Positions 9,748-19,203 of a stretch of DNA of 64,000 nt are shown here, one piece after another. The stretch comes from an uncultured Candidatus Rokubacteria bacterium (GTDB lineage: Bacteria > Methylomirabilota > Methylomirabilia > Rokubacteriales > DASRDR01): NCBI GenBank assembly GCA_963799055.1, contig CAWCVP010000009.1, positions 2,299 to 66,298 on the forward strand. Reading direction: 5' to 3'. The notes beneath the pieces are model-generated. The model was not told the origin of the DNA, searched no databases, and worked only from the letters and a program-made list of their open reading frames with translations. Made by a program: the position numbers and the translations under genes. Each line of letters starts with the position of its first letter. The stretch's first letter is position 1.

Positions 9748-10740
9748 GACGCAATCTGGCGTACGCCTTCGCCATCGCGCTCGTCCTCACGACGGCCGGC
9801 ATTGGCGCCACTGCCGTCATCGCCCAGGAGGTGTTCCCGGCGCGGGCGATCACGATCGTCGCCCCGTTCCCGCCCGGCGGCGTGGCCGACCTCACGGCCC
9901 GCCCCGTTGCCGCGGCTCTGGAGAAGACGCTGAAGAGCCCGGTGGGCGTCGTCAACAAGACGGGGGCCGCGGGCGCCGTCGGCATGCAGTTCGTCGCCAC
10001 GAGCAAGGCCGACGGGTACACGCTGCTCCTCGCGCTGTCGTCGATCTCGATCATTCCGGAGGCCGACAAGCTCTTCAACCGGACGCCCGCGTTCACGGTC
10101 GACCAGTTCGCGCCGATCGCCCTGATCTCGGCGGACCCGACGATCCTGGTAGTGCGCGCGGAGTCGCCGTGGCGGACCGCGCAGGAGTTCATCGCGGACG
10201 CGAAGAAGCGCCCGGGCGAGATCTCCTACAGCTCGTCGGGGATCTACGGGACCTTGCACATGGCCATGGAGCTGCTCGGGCACGCGGCCGGGGTCAAGCT
10301 GCGCCATGTCCCGGCGCAGGGTGCCGGCCCGGCGTTGAACGCCATCCTGGGCGGGCACGTGGACGCGCTCGCCTCGGGCCCGGCGGTCGTGATCCCGCAC
10401 ATCAAGGCGGGCAAGCTGCGTCCCTTGGCGGGCTGGGGCGACAAGCGGGTGGCCGCGCTCCCCGACATCCCGACGTTCAGGGAGCTCGGATATCCCGGAC
10501 GCCGAGTTCTACATCTGGGCGGGCCTCTTCGCGCCGGCGGCGACCCCGGAGCCGGTCCTCGCGCGGCTCCGGGACGGCGTGCGGGCGGCCGTCGAGGATC
10601 CGGACTTCAAGACGGCCATGGACCGGCTGGAGACGCCCGTCACCTTCAAGCAGGGCGAGGAGTTCCGCCGCTTCTTCGAGGCGGACGCGGCCCGGCTCGC
10701 GGAAGGGGTCCGACGCGTCGGCCGCGTCGAGGCGAAGTGA
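9744..10740 (+). CDS. tctC: Bug-family TctC substrate-binding protein, set 2, with an apparent +1 frame break near 10497
   Basis: ATGA overlap with tctA. MRRNLAYAFAIALVLTTAGIGATAVIAQ signal...FPPGGVADLTARP...RELGYP. After TATCCCGGAC the family sequence continues one frame over: DAEFYIWAGLFAPAATPEPVLARLRD...VGRVEAK, stop 10738..10740. Confidence 0.8.
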
Positions 10741-10771
10741 CGCGGGACGGATCGGGCCGAGACCGCCCGTC

Positions 10772-11989
10772 CTACAGGCGCGAGCTCCAGGATGTACAGG
10801 CCGCCGGTGAAGCGGTCCACGGTGTAGACGACGCCGCGCTCGTCGACGAAGACGTCGTTCAGCTGGGCCGCGCCGCGCGGTGAGCCGCGCGGCGGCGGCG
10901 GGACGTAGTGGGCGACTTCCCGAGGGCGGAACGGGTCGGAGAGGTCGAAGGCGCGGACGCCGCCGTTGAAGAACGTGCCGACCACGAGCGTCTCCGAGAT
11001 CCAGGATCCCGGCGCCGGCCGGTTCTCGTGGAGGTTGTGGGCCCCATAGCGGCCGCCGCGCCCCGCGAAGTCGGCGACGGGGGGGAGCGGGACAGGTGCT
11101 GATCGGGACCAGGTTCGCCTCGTCGCGGGCGTCCAGGACCCACACGAGCTTGGGCCAGTCGGCCCCGCCGTCCGCCGTGGACTCGTCGGAGACCACGAGC
11201 AGCTCCCGGTCGAAGAGCGGCAGGAGCGTGTGGGTGAAGCCCGGGAAAGGGCGGATGGTAGTCCCACCGGCTGACCAGCCGCGGACGCGCCATGTCGGAG
11301 ATGTCGAGGATGATCGCGCCGCCGTCGATGTATCCGACGTAGGCGCGGTCGGGCCGCCGGGGATAGACGTTCGTGTTGTGGGCGCGGAAGCCCATGTCGA
11401 ACCTGGGGTGTCGCGTCGGCGGGGGCTCCGCGTCGCCGTCCCGGGTGCCGGGCAGCCACCATCGGCCCACCTCGTGAGGGCGGCTGGGGTTTCGGACGTC
11501 GACGATCCGGTAGCACTGGTCGTCCTTCGGGTTGCGCGGGACGAAATCGGCCGCGCCGCCGCTCAGGTGGACGTAGCTGCCGTCCACGAACCAGAGGTGG
11601 TGGACGCCACGGGAGGCCGGCCCGGAGGCGTCGAACGTCGCCACCGACCGCGGGCGGGCCGGGTCGGCCACGTCGAAGATCTCGAACCCGGCCGGCTGCA
11701 TCCCGGGCCGGCTCGTCTGGTAGGCCACCACGAGGAGATCGCCGACCAGATCGAGCGAGTTGGAGCGCATCTCGCGGTGCGGCAGGTCGGTCTGGAGGAC
11801 GATCGTGGGCTTCCGCGGATCCGTGACGTCGACGGCCGTCACGTTCTTCGGGGGCGACTCGTGGGCGAGCCACAGGATGCGCCGGCCGTCCCGCGCCATC
11901 TGGATGGCCATGCCCTCGCCGCAGTTGCCGAAGCCGTTCAGGTCGTCGTGAGCCAGGAGCGGCATGCTGCGCGAGGATTCGGTCGTCAT
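10772..11989 (-). CDS. LVIVD-repeat beta-propeller protein, with about 3 frame breaks
   Basis: Track ORF 10859..11989 begins MTTESSRSMPLLAHDDLNGFG with repeated xxDVxDP units (AVDVTDP, FEIFDVADP, IVDVRNP, ILDISD). Continuity jumps frames at about 11243 (CCCGGG) and about 11082 (7-C run). It probably jumps again at about 10778 to reach the stop at 10772. Confidence 0.65.
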
Positions 11990-12042
11990 GGTCTCCCGAT
12001 TCTAGCTCGGGGTCGGACCGCGCATACCGGCCGCCCCGGGCG

Positions 12043-13016
12043 CTAGGTGTCGAGCAGGGACTCGCAGAACAGCTCCCTCGGCGTGAGAGCGGCGCGACGC
12101 CAGCCCCTGGCGGAACGAGTACCCCGCCAGCGTCTCCACGGCTCTTCCGGGTCCGGGCGACGCCGTAGGGAAAGGGGTCGTCGCCCATCAGCGCCCGGGT
12201 CTCCTCCACCTCCGCCACGAGCCACGGCAGGACGTAGGGCAGCACCGCCGTGTCCGAGAGGCGCTGGTAGGCCAGGCGCTTGGCCTCGACGAACGCCTCG
12301 TAGAGGGCGAGCGGCAGCCACGGGTGCTGCTGCGCCAGCTCCTCCTTGAGGACGACCGTGTGCATGACCGGGAAGATCCCGGTCTTCTCGTAGTAGGCGC
12401 GCTCCACGCGGCGGAACTCGGGGAACAGCCGGCGCACGGGCGCGACGCCTCCCGCGCCCCCGGGCCGGCGGGCGCCGATGAAGACATCGAGCTCGCCCGC
12501 GCGCAGCATGTGGCCGAGCGTGCGGTCGCCGGGGACCACCTCGTGCCGGAGCCCGGCCGGCAGCGTCACGTCGACCTCCTTCACCGCCGCGCCCTCGCCC
12601 CCCTCGAACCAGTGGAGGTCGCCCGGCGCGACGCCGTACTCGTCCTCCAGGATGCCGCGGACCCACACCGCCGCCGTCATGTGGTACTTCGGCACGCCCA
12701 CGCGCTTGCCGACCAGGTCCCGGGGCTCCTGGATCCCCGCGCCCTCGCGCACCCAGATCGCCGAGTGCCGGAACGCGAACGACGGGAACACCGGGATGGC
12801 GACCAGGGGCTCGCCGCGCGCGCGCAGGATGGTGTAGGTGGACAGGGAGAGCTCCGCGACGTCGAAGTCGCGGAGGCGCGCCATGCGGTAGAACATCTCC
12901 TCGGGCTCGAGGGGGAGGACCCGGAGCTCCACGCCGCGCGGCTTCACGGCGCCGGTCCGGAGCGGGAGGGTGCGGTCGTAGTCGCCGCAGGCGAGCGTGA
13001 GCGTCAGCGCGGTCAT
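12043..13016 (-). CDS. PhtD-like (4,5-dihydroxyphthalate decarboxylase family) protein, with two frame breaks near the 3-prime end
   Basis: N-terminus of track ORF 10509..13016: MTALTLTLACGDYDRTLPLRTGAVKPRGVELRVLPLEPEEMFYRMARLRDFDVAELSLSTY. The tail is recovered as ...VETLAGYSFRQGLASRR / LTPRELFCESLLDT via shifts at about 12141 and about 12088. Confidence 0.75.
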
Positions 13017-13051
13017 GGTCGGGTTGACGGTTCCCGGCTTCGTAACCTAGC

Positions 13052-15139
13052 ATGCCTCCCGGGTCGGCGAAACCCGCAGAGCGCCGGACCCGGACGCGCG
13101 GCCGCCACCGCCAAGCTCGGGGAGCACCGCCGATCGCCGACTTCCTCCACGCCGCGCTGACCGGGCTGGTCCAGGTCTTCACGTGGCCCTCGTTCGGCCT
13201 CATGCTGATCGGGGTCGCCATCGGGTTCGTCGTCGGGCTCCTGCCCGGCCTCGGCGGGCCGACCACGCTCGCCCTCATGCTGCCGTTCGTCCTCAAGATG
13301 ACGCCGGTGGAGGCGTTCGCGTTCCTCCTCGGCATGCTGGCGGTCACGCACACGACCGGCGACATCACGTCGATCCTGTTCGGCATCCCCGGCGAGCCGA
13401 CCTCCGCCGCGACGATCGTGGACGGCCACGCCATGGCCAAGCGAGGGGAGGCCGGCCGGGCCCTGGGGGCGGCGATGATGAGCTCGCTCATCGGCGCCAT
13501 CTTCGGCGCGCTGGTCCTCGGGCTGGCCATTCCCGTCGTGCGCCCGCTGGTGCTCGCGCTCGGGTCTCCCGAGTTCTTCATGCTGGCGGTGCTCGGGATC
13601 ACCTTCGTCGCCGCCCTGAGCGGCCAGGCGCTCCTGCCGGGGCTGGTGGCCGGCGGCCTCGGCCTGTGGCTGGCCACCATCGGGATGGATCCCATCTCCG
13701 GGACCCAGCGGTACACGTTCGGCCAGCTCTTCCTCTGGGACGGCATCGGGCTCGTCCCGGTCACGATCGGCTTCTACGCGATTCCCGAGCTCGTGGACCT
13801 GGCCGTCAGGCGCTCGAGCATCGCGCCGCTCGACGTGAGTCGCGTCGGCGGCGTGGGGCAGGGGGTCCGGGACACCTTCCGGCACTGGTTTCTCGTGCTT
13901 CGCTGTAGCGCCGTCGGCACGTTCGTGTCGGTCATCCCGGGCCTCGGGGCCGCCACCACCCAGTGGGTGGCCTATGCCCATGCGGTCCAGAGCTCGCCCG
14001 ACCGGGAACGCTTCGGGAAGGGCGCGGTGGAGGGGGTCCTCGGCCCGGGCGCCGCCAACAACTCGTCGCTCGGGGGGAGCCTCGTCACCACGGTGGCGTT
14101 CGGCGTGCCCGCCAGCGTGAGCACGGCCATCCTCATGGGCGCCTTCTTCATCCAGGGACTGGTCCCCGGGCCCGCGATGCTGGCCCCGGCCCCGCGGGGT
14201 CACCTGGCCGTGACGCTGGCGATGGTGTGGACGATCGTGGTGTCGAACGTGATCGCGGTGGCGGCGTGTCTGGCCTTCATGGGCCGCCTGGCTCGCATCA
14301 CGCAGGTCCGCGGCACGCTCCTGGTTCCCCTCATCCTGACCCTCGTCTGGGTCGGCGCCTTCGCGGAGAAGAACGTCATCCAGGACCTCGGCATCGTGCT
14401 GGTCTTCGGCGTCCTCGGCCTCTGCATGGCGCGCCTCGACTGGCCGCGGCCCCCGCTCCTCCTGGGGCTCGTCCTCGGGCCGCTGGCGGAGAACCGGCTG
14501 TTCCTGTCGACGGACAACTACGGCCTGGCTTGGCTTCTCCGGCCGGGCGTGCTGCTGCTGCTCGGCCTCGTCGCGGTCGGCCTCATGGTGCCGATTCTGA
14601 GGAGCCGCGGCCGCCGCCAGGTCCCGCCGGCGCTCGGAGGCGAGGGCGAGCCACCGCGCGGCCTTCGTTTCGACGGTCGAGCGCTGTTCAGCCTGGCGAT
14701 CGTGGGCGTGCTGCTCTGGGCGCTCTGGCAGAGCCGAGGGTTCGCGGTGCGCGCCGGGCTCTTCCCGTGGGCGGTGATCGCCCCGACGCTCGGTCTCGCC
14801 ATCGTCCAGCTCGCCCGCGATCTCGGCGGGAGACGGCCGGCCGGCGACGCCGACGCTCACGAGCCCGGCCTCGGCGTGTCGCCGGCCGAGAATGCGCGCC
14901 GGACCGCGGAGATCGCCGCGTGGATCGTGGGCATGCTGGGGGCGATCTGGCTGGTCGGCTTCCCGATCGCCACGCTCCTGACGACGTTCCTCTACCTCAG
15001 GCTCGGCGCCCGCGAGGGGTGGACGATCAGCGTGGCGCTCAGTCTCGGCGGGTTCGTGTTCGTCCACGGGCTCTTCGCGCGCCTGCTCGGGGTGCCGTTC
15101 CCGCCGGGGCGGTTGTTCGAATGGCTCGGCTACGGCTAG
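13052..15139 (+). CDS. fused TctA-TctB permease (TTT set 3)
   Basis: Track ORF 695 aa in one frame. A TctA-like body (GLLPGLGGPTT, GDITSILFGIPGEP, GVLGPGAANN) is followed by a linker and a TctB-like tail (GRALFSLAIVGVLLWAL...LLGVPFPPGRLFEWLGYG). Start uncertain: the paralog's start aligns near 13142, where there is no canonical start codon. Confidence 0.8.
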   Translation: MPPGSAKPAERRTRTRGRHRQARGAPPIADFLHAALTGLVQVFTWPSFGLMLIGVAIGFVVGLLPGLGGPTTLALMLPFVLKMTPVEAFAFLLGMLAVTHTTGDITSILFGIPGEPTSAATIVDGHAMAKRGEAGRALGAAMMSSLIGAIFGALVLGLAIPVVRPLVLALGSPEFFMLAVLGITFVAALSGQALLPGLVAGGLGLWLATIGMDPISGTQRYTFGQLFLWDGIGLVPVTIGFYAIPELVDLAVRRSSIAPLDVSRVGGVGQGVRDTFRHWFLVLRCSAVGTFVSVIPGLGAATTQWVAYAHAVQSSPDRERFGKGAVEGVLGPGAANNSSLGGSLVTTVAFGVPASVSTAILMGAFFIQGLVPGPAMLAPAPRGHLAVTLAMVWTIVVSNVIAVAACLAFMGRLARITQVRGTLLVPLILTLVWVGAFAEKNVIQDLGIVLVFGVLGLCMARLDWPRPPLLLGLVLGPLAENRLFLSTDNYGLAWLLRPGVLLLLGLVAVGLMVPILRSRGRRQVPPALGGEGEPPRGLRFDGRALFSLAIVGVLLWALWQSRGFAVRAGLFPWAVIAPTLGLAIVQLARDLGGRRPAGDADAHEPGLGVSPAENARRTAEIAAWIVGMLGAIWLVGFPIATLLTTFLYLRLGAREGWTISVALSLGGFVFVHGLFARLLGVPFPPGRLFEWLGYG

Positions 15140-15173
15140 CCTTGCACGAAGACCCACGGAGGAGCTGATCGCC

Positions 15174-15896
15174 ATGAACCTCGAGGCGGCGCTGAGCGAC
15201 CTGGTCATCGCCAATCGCATTCTCGCCAACGAAGGCGTGATCGACGCCTTCGGTCACGTGAGCCTCCGGAACCCGGCGCGGCCGGATCACTACTTCCTGG
15301 CCCGCTCGCGGAGCCCGGAGCTGGTGGAGCGCGGGGATCTGATGGAGTTCGACCTCGACAACCGGCCCGTCGATCCCCGGGACCGGACGATGTACTCGGA
15401 GCGGCCCATCCACGGATCCATCTACCGGGCGCGTCCGGACGTCGCGTCGGTGTGCCACAACCACGCCCGCTCGCTCGTCCCGTTCAGCGTCACCGGGATC
15501 CCGATCCGGCCGATCTGGCACATCGCCGGCTCGATCGGCGCCGAGGTCCCGATCTGGGACGTCCGCGACGAGTTCGGCGACACCGACCTCCTCGTGACCA
15601 CGGCGGCGCTGGGCGATTCCCTGGCCCGGAAGCTCGGGCCGAACCGCGCGTGCCTGATGCGGGGTCACGGCGCCGTCGTCGCGACCCACGACCTGAAGGC
15701 CACCGTGTTCGTCTCGATCTACCTCATGATCAACGCCGCCCTCGTGAAGGAAGCGCGCGAGCTGGGCGAGGTGACCTACCTGAGCGAGGGGGAGATCCGC
15801 CTCACGGAGCAGATGAACTTCCGGGCGCGGTCCCAGAACCGGGCCTGGGAGTACTGGGCCCGCCGCGCCGGCTTCACGACCACGGTCAACGACTGA
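15174..15896 (+). CDS. class II aldolase/adducin-family protein
   Basis: Track ORF 240 aa with GGAGGAG SD. GHVSLRNP, HGSIYRARPDVASVCHNH and MRGHGAVV motifs. Confidence 0.85.
   Translation: MNLEAALSDLVIANRILANEGVIDAFGHVSLRNPARPDHYFLARSRSPELVERGDLMEFDLDNRPVDPRDRTMYSERPIHGSIYRARPDVASVCHNHARSLVPFSVTGIPIRPIWHIAGSIGAEVPIWDVRDEFGDTDLLVTTAALGDSLARKLGPNRACLMRGHGAVVATHDLKATVFVSIYLMINAALVKEARELGEVTYLSEGEIRLTEQMNFRARSQNRAWEYWARRAGFTTTVND
15849..15896. repeat. direct repeat copy A (3-prime end of the aldolase gene)
   Basis: GAGTACTGGGCCCGCCGCGCCGGCTTCACGACCACGGTCAACGACTGA matches 16646..16693 at 43 of 48 positions. Confidence 0.85.
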
Positions 15897-16041
15897 CGCC
15901 GACGCGAGGCGGCAGCGCCGAGGCCAGCCCTTGGTGCGGGTAACGCCCGCGGTCACCGGCCGGGGCGAACAACGCGAGTCCCGGTCCGGTGCACTGCGGA
16001 GTTCGACCCACGGCCGCCACCGTAGGGTGCGAGTTCCTCTC

Positions 16042-16284
16042 TCACCACCTGCCGGACACGTCGAGGGTCGAGCGCCGGTGGACGTACTCCAGTAGGGCCT
16101 CGTTTATCAGAGTCTGGTAGTTGCCGCCGCCGGCCTTCTCTACCACCCCGCGAAAGTAACCGAGGACTGCGTTGTCCAGGCGGATGGAGATCTTGGTCTT
16201 CCCGGGTTCGGGTCGGACGGCTGGCCCCCGTTTCGCGCCCGAGAAGTCGATGTCGCGATATCTCTCAGCTGCGGCCTTTTTCAT
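16042..16284 (-). CDS. brnA: BrnA-family antitoxin
   Basis: Internal ATG of track ORF 16042..16386: MKKAAAERYRDIDFSGAKRGPAVRPEPGKTKISIRLDNAVLGYFRGVVEKAGGGNYQTLINEALLEYV. The ATG overlaps the 3-prime end of brnT. Confidence 0.75.
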   Translation of the reverse strand: MKKAAAERYRDIDFSGAKRGPAVRPEPGKTKISIRLDNAVLGYFRGVVEKAGGGNYQTLINEALLEYVHRRSTLDVSGRW

Positions 16285-16544
16285 AGAGCACCCTCTGGCG
16301 CTTGTTCGCCTTCCAGGCAGAGACCACTCGAATCGTGTCAGGCTCTCGATACCCGTACACGACGACCAGCAGGTTCCCAACATCACTCAGCCCCAAGGTC
16401 ACGAACCTCGGCTCGTCAGGCGCCGTGGTCTTCCCGAGTCAGCGGGTAAGTCTCGCCAAAGGAATCTGGCGCCTCCTGCAAGGCTCGCAGGCGAAGCTCT
16501 CGGTGGAGGCACACCTCCCGTGGCTCCAACCTTCGAAGGTGCAT
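16265..16544 (-). pseudogene. brnT: BrnT-like (DUF497) toxin, frame-broken near 16418, with an atypical N-terminus
   Basis: C-terminal frame: DEPRFVTLGLSDVGNLLVVVYGYREPDTIRVVSAWKANKRQRVLYEKGRS. An upstream 42-codon ORF from ATG 16544 ends ...YPLTREDHGA one frame away. The usual FEWD..K..N..KHG start is not recognisable. Confidence 0.5.
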
Positions 16545-16573
16545 TGGGACCCTTGGCTAGGATTGGTGGAATC

Positions 16574-16592
16574 TGTTTCAGCCCGCGAAACA
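16574..16592. promoter_or_regulatory. inverted repeat TGTTTC-N7-GAAACA upstream of brnT (possible TA operator)
   Basis: Perfect 6-bp arms, 30-50 nt upstream of the brnT ATG. Confidence 0.3.
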
Positions 16593-16645
16593 CAGCATGA
16601 CCCGGCCACCTATCCCGCCGCGGTTGAGTCGAGGCGGGGCGAGCC

Positions 16646-16693
16646 GAGTACTTGGCCGGCTGCACCGGCTTCACGACCACGGTCAGCGACTGA
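16646..16693. repeat. direct repeat copy B (orphan duplicate of the aldolase 3-prime end)
   Basis: GAGTACTTGGCCGGCTGCACCGGCTTCACGACCACGGTCAGCGACTGA would encode EYLAGCTGFTTTVSD-stop, versus EYWARRAGFTTTVND-stop in copy A. Confidence 0.85.
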
Positions 16694-16726
16694 GTTCCGC
16701 GGAGCGGTCCGCCGGGTCGGGCGACC

Positions 16727-18232
16727 TCAGGCGCGCGAGGGGACGACGTACCCGTAGCGCAGGTTGCTGCGGGAGCCGCCGCCCCGCTGGTACTCCTCCT
16801 TCAGCCGGGCGATGCGGTCGGTGGCGAGGGCGGCGCGCGGCTTCTGCTCGTACTTGTAGATCCGCGCGTTGTTCCCGCCGAAGATCGCCGTCTTGACGCG
16901 GCCGTCGGCCGGCCCGAGGGGCTGGAAGCCGTACTTCTTCTGCATGTCCTCCGGGATCTTGAGCCGCCGCAGCGCCTCGATCTGCCACTGGGGCGAGCCG
17001 GTCCAGATGGCGTCGGTGCCCCACACGACGTGGTCGGCGCCGAGCCCCCGGATGAGCTGGCCCAGCATCGCCGCACAGACGCGCGGGTCGGCCACGGTGG
17101 ACTGGGCGAAGATCTGGCCGAGGTCGGCGTAGACGTTGGAGACCCCGAACTTCGCCGGGATCTCGGCGAAGTCGGTCACCCACTCGATGCGCCCGGTCTT
17201 CTCGAACTGGTCCCAGGCGTCCTCCACCTTCCCGCCGCCCGCGAAGCGGTACGCCGAGTGATAGATGACGAAGTTGAGCTGTGGCCAGTCCTTGGCCGCC
17301 TTGCCGACGTCCCGCACGTCCGAGTAGGCCAGGAGGTGCGGGAACTGCTGCTCGACCGACGGCGGGAAGAGCCCCTTGTGGACGCAGACGTTGACGAGCC
17401 CCGCCTTCTGGAACTTCTCGTAGCCCTTGTAGGCGACCTTCTCGTCGTCCATGCGCCAGGGGTACTTGCCGGTGGCCTTGTTGGTGTTGTCGCCGATCGT
17501 GTAGCCCTTGAACGAGTCGGGTTTGAGGTCGGCGATCACCCGGTCGATCGACTCGAGCCACCCCGGCTGCCCCGGGGTGAAGATGGCGTGGCTCAGCATC
17601 CGCCGCGAGCCGGCGTCCTTGTTCACCCGCGCCCGCGCCTCCGCCTTCATCTCGTTGGTGAGGAACCAGTCCTGCGGGACGTCCGAGGGAGAGCCGGAGA
17701 TCAGCGCCACCTTGGTGTCGCTGTCGAGGAAGATCTCCTTGTAGTAGTTCGCGAACTTGAGGTCCTCGATCGTCTGGTCCTTGCCGACCAGGGCGGGGTT
17801 CCAGCCGGCCTTGCCCACCGCCTGACGCTGCCGCACGAACGTCATGATCTTGGTGTCGTCGCGCAGGAAGTGGGTGTGGCAGTCCATGATGAACTGCTGG
17901 GCGAGCGACTGCGCGCGCTCGACCGCCATCTCGGGCGTCGCGGCCTCGGCGGGGCTCACGGCGTAGAGCGAGCCGTAGACCTCGTTCATCGCGAGGAAGG
18001 CGGCCGCCATGCCGGAGGCGCTGGCGAGGAACTGCCGCCGCGTCAGCCCCTGCTTCCGCGCGAGCTCGCCGCCGAGCTCCTTGATGCGCGCCTCGAGCCG
18101 GCGCTGCTTCTTGGTCTGGGGCGCGGGCATGAACTCGTCGCTGGACACGCTCTGGGTCGGGACCGGCCCCGGGAACGCCGCGGTCTCGGCCGGTTCCAGC
18201 GCCCGGAGCTCGGCATCACTGAGCAGTCTCAT
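16727..18232 (-). CDS. amidohydrolase-family protein with a twin-arginine (Tat) motif
   Basis: Track ORF 16727..18280. Preferred start is MRLLSDAEL (AAGAGGAG SD upstream). LTRRQFLASASGMAAAFLA Tat motif, then DCHTHF..., GTDAIW. An alternative start at 18130 (MPAPQTKK) is possible. Confidence 0.85.
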   Translation of the reverse strand: MRLLSDAELRALEPAETAAFPGPVPTQSVSSDEFMPAPQTKKQRRLEARIKELGGELARKQGLTRRQFLASASGMAAAFLAMNEVYGSLYAVSPAEAATPEMAVERAQSLAQQFIMDCHTHFLRDDTKIMTFVRQRQAVGKAGWNPALVGKDQTIEDLKFANYYKEIFLDSDTKVALISGSPSDVPQDWFLTNEMKAEARARVNKDAGSRRMLSHAIFTPGQPGWLESIDRVIADLKPDSFKGYTIGDNTNKATGKYPWRMDDEKVAYKGYEKFQKAGLVNVCVHKGLFPPSVEQQFPHLLAYSDVRDVGKAAKDWPQLNFVIYHSAYRFAGGGKVEDAWDQFEKTGRIEWVTDFAEIPAKFGVSNVYADLGQIFAQSTVADPRVCAAMLGQLIRGLGADHVVWGTDAIWTGSPQWQIEALRRLKIPEDMQKKYGFQPLGPADGRVKTAIFGGNNARIYKYEQKPRAALATDRIARLKEEYQRGGGSRSNLRYGYVVPSRA

Positions 18233-18283
18233 GGCGATCTCCTCTTTTCCCGCGGGGGACGGCGACGTCTGGGCGAGCACGGC

Positions 18284-19080
18284 TCATCTGCGTGGACCTA
18301 TCCAGTGGGGTGCCGGTGGATCGACTCTGCGCCGCCCTCGAATGGCTGTCAATCGTGTCCGCGGAGCCTCGATGCGCCACTCCCGGTAGTCGAGGCCGGC
18401 GGCCGCGAGCCTGGGCCTGAGCGCGGGGCGCGCGAGGTACGGCGATCAGGGCGCGGGCCGGCTCGGGCGCCGCGCTCCTGGCGGAGAGCCCGGCCGCGTA
18501 GGTGGTGACCTTCTGGAGCGCCGGGGGCAGGGGACCCACGAGCGTGACTCCCTCGACGGCGAGGATCTCGCTCATCTGGTGCACGACCAGCTCCGCCTGG
18601 CCCCGGACGACCGCCTCGGCGGCGGAGCCCCCGGGCCAGAGCACCGCCTTGTCGCTCACGGCGTCGGCGATCCCGAGGCGCCGGAGGACGCCGGCGAAGT
18701 GGATCCCGCTCGTCCCGCCGTGCGCCGGGTCGATGTACGCGATCGAGGAGGCCCGCAGGAGGGTGTCACGCAGGGCCTCGGCGCTCGAGATGTCGGGCAG
18801 GGGCGCCCCACGCCTGACGCCCACGCCGACGGCCGTGCGGGCCAGGTCGACGCGGCTGCCCGGCCTCGACGATCCCGCGTCCCGTCAGCTCGTCGATGGC
18901 GACGTCGGTCAGGACGAGGACGTCCACCGGCGCGCCCGCGGCGGCCTGCTCCTTCAGCGCGCCCACGGTGCCGACCGTCAGATCGACGGCGCAGCCGGTC
19001 TCGCGGTGGAACGTCGCGGCGACCTCGGCGACGATCCGCCGCATCACGCCAGCGCTCAGCACCTGGAGCGAGGTCGTCAC
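18284..19080 (-). CDS. ModA-like periplasmic-binding-fold protein (SBP_bac_11-like) without a signal peptide, with two frame breaks
   Basis: GTG 19080 after GGGAGGG: VTTSLQVLSAGVMRRIVAEVAATFHRETGCAVDL...DVLVLTDVAIDELTGRGIVEAG / SRVDLARTAVGVGVRRGAPLPDISSAEAL...(track ORF 18216..18824) / YLARPALRPRLAAAGLDY. Shifts at about 18860 (GCCGGGC) and about 18441. Confidence 0.6.
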
Positions 19081-19203
19081 GTCATGCCCTCCCGTGCCGT
19101 CAGGGGTCACCGCTAGGGGGGCGCCGATCCGTCGTCAAGCCGCTCCGGCGGCGGCCGTCTCCCGCGAGCGCGTTTCCGTGTAGACTGGCCCGGGCGCGCA
19201 AAG

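Larger units (their letters stand above)
15897..16693. mobile_element. about 0.8-kb inserted cassette carrying brnT-brnA, bounded by the 48-bp direct repeats
   Basis: Sequence between the end of repeat A and the end of repeat B. It contains only the TA pair and short non-coding flanks. No integrase or transposase seen. Confidence 0.45.

Noticed and set aside
10745-10772. GGACGG...CCGTCC as a bidirectional terminator between the convergent tctC and LVIVD genes
   Set aside because: It has only a 6-bp stem with a roughly 15-nt loop and no T/A tracts, which is too weak to call.
8298-10883. 861-aa plus-strand ORF spanning tctA, tctC and beyond
   Set aside because: Only the segment from 9744 is genuine (tctC). 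The upstream part is an out-of-frame read of tctA. The tail results from the frame break at about 10497.
13024-13048. TTGACG ... TAACCT as the promoter of the fused tctAB gene
   Set aside because: The spacer is only 13 nt, and the -10-like hexamer would place the transcription start inside or after the ATG at 13052.
15975-16020. GAGTTCGACCC...GCCGCCACC, reminiscent of a tRNA T-arm/acceptor 3-prime end inside the brnTA cassette (a possible att fragment)
   Set aside because: I could not form complementary T-stem or acceptor-stem pairings on either strand, so there is no support for a tRNA or tRNA fragment.
16597-16896. 99-aa plus-strand ORF covering direct-repeat copy B
   Set aside because: Its composition is Arg/Gly-rich noise. 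It overlaps the 3-prime end of the minus-strand amidohydrolase. Only the last 15 codons of a different frame mirror the aldolase C-terminus.
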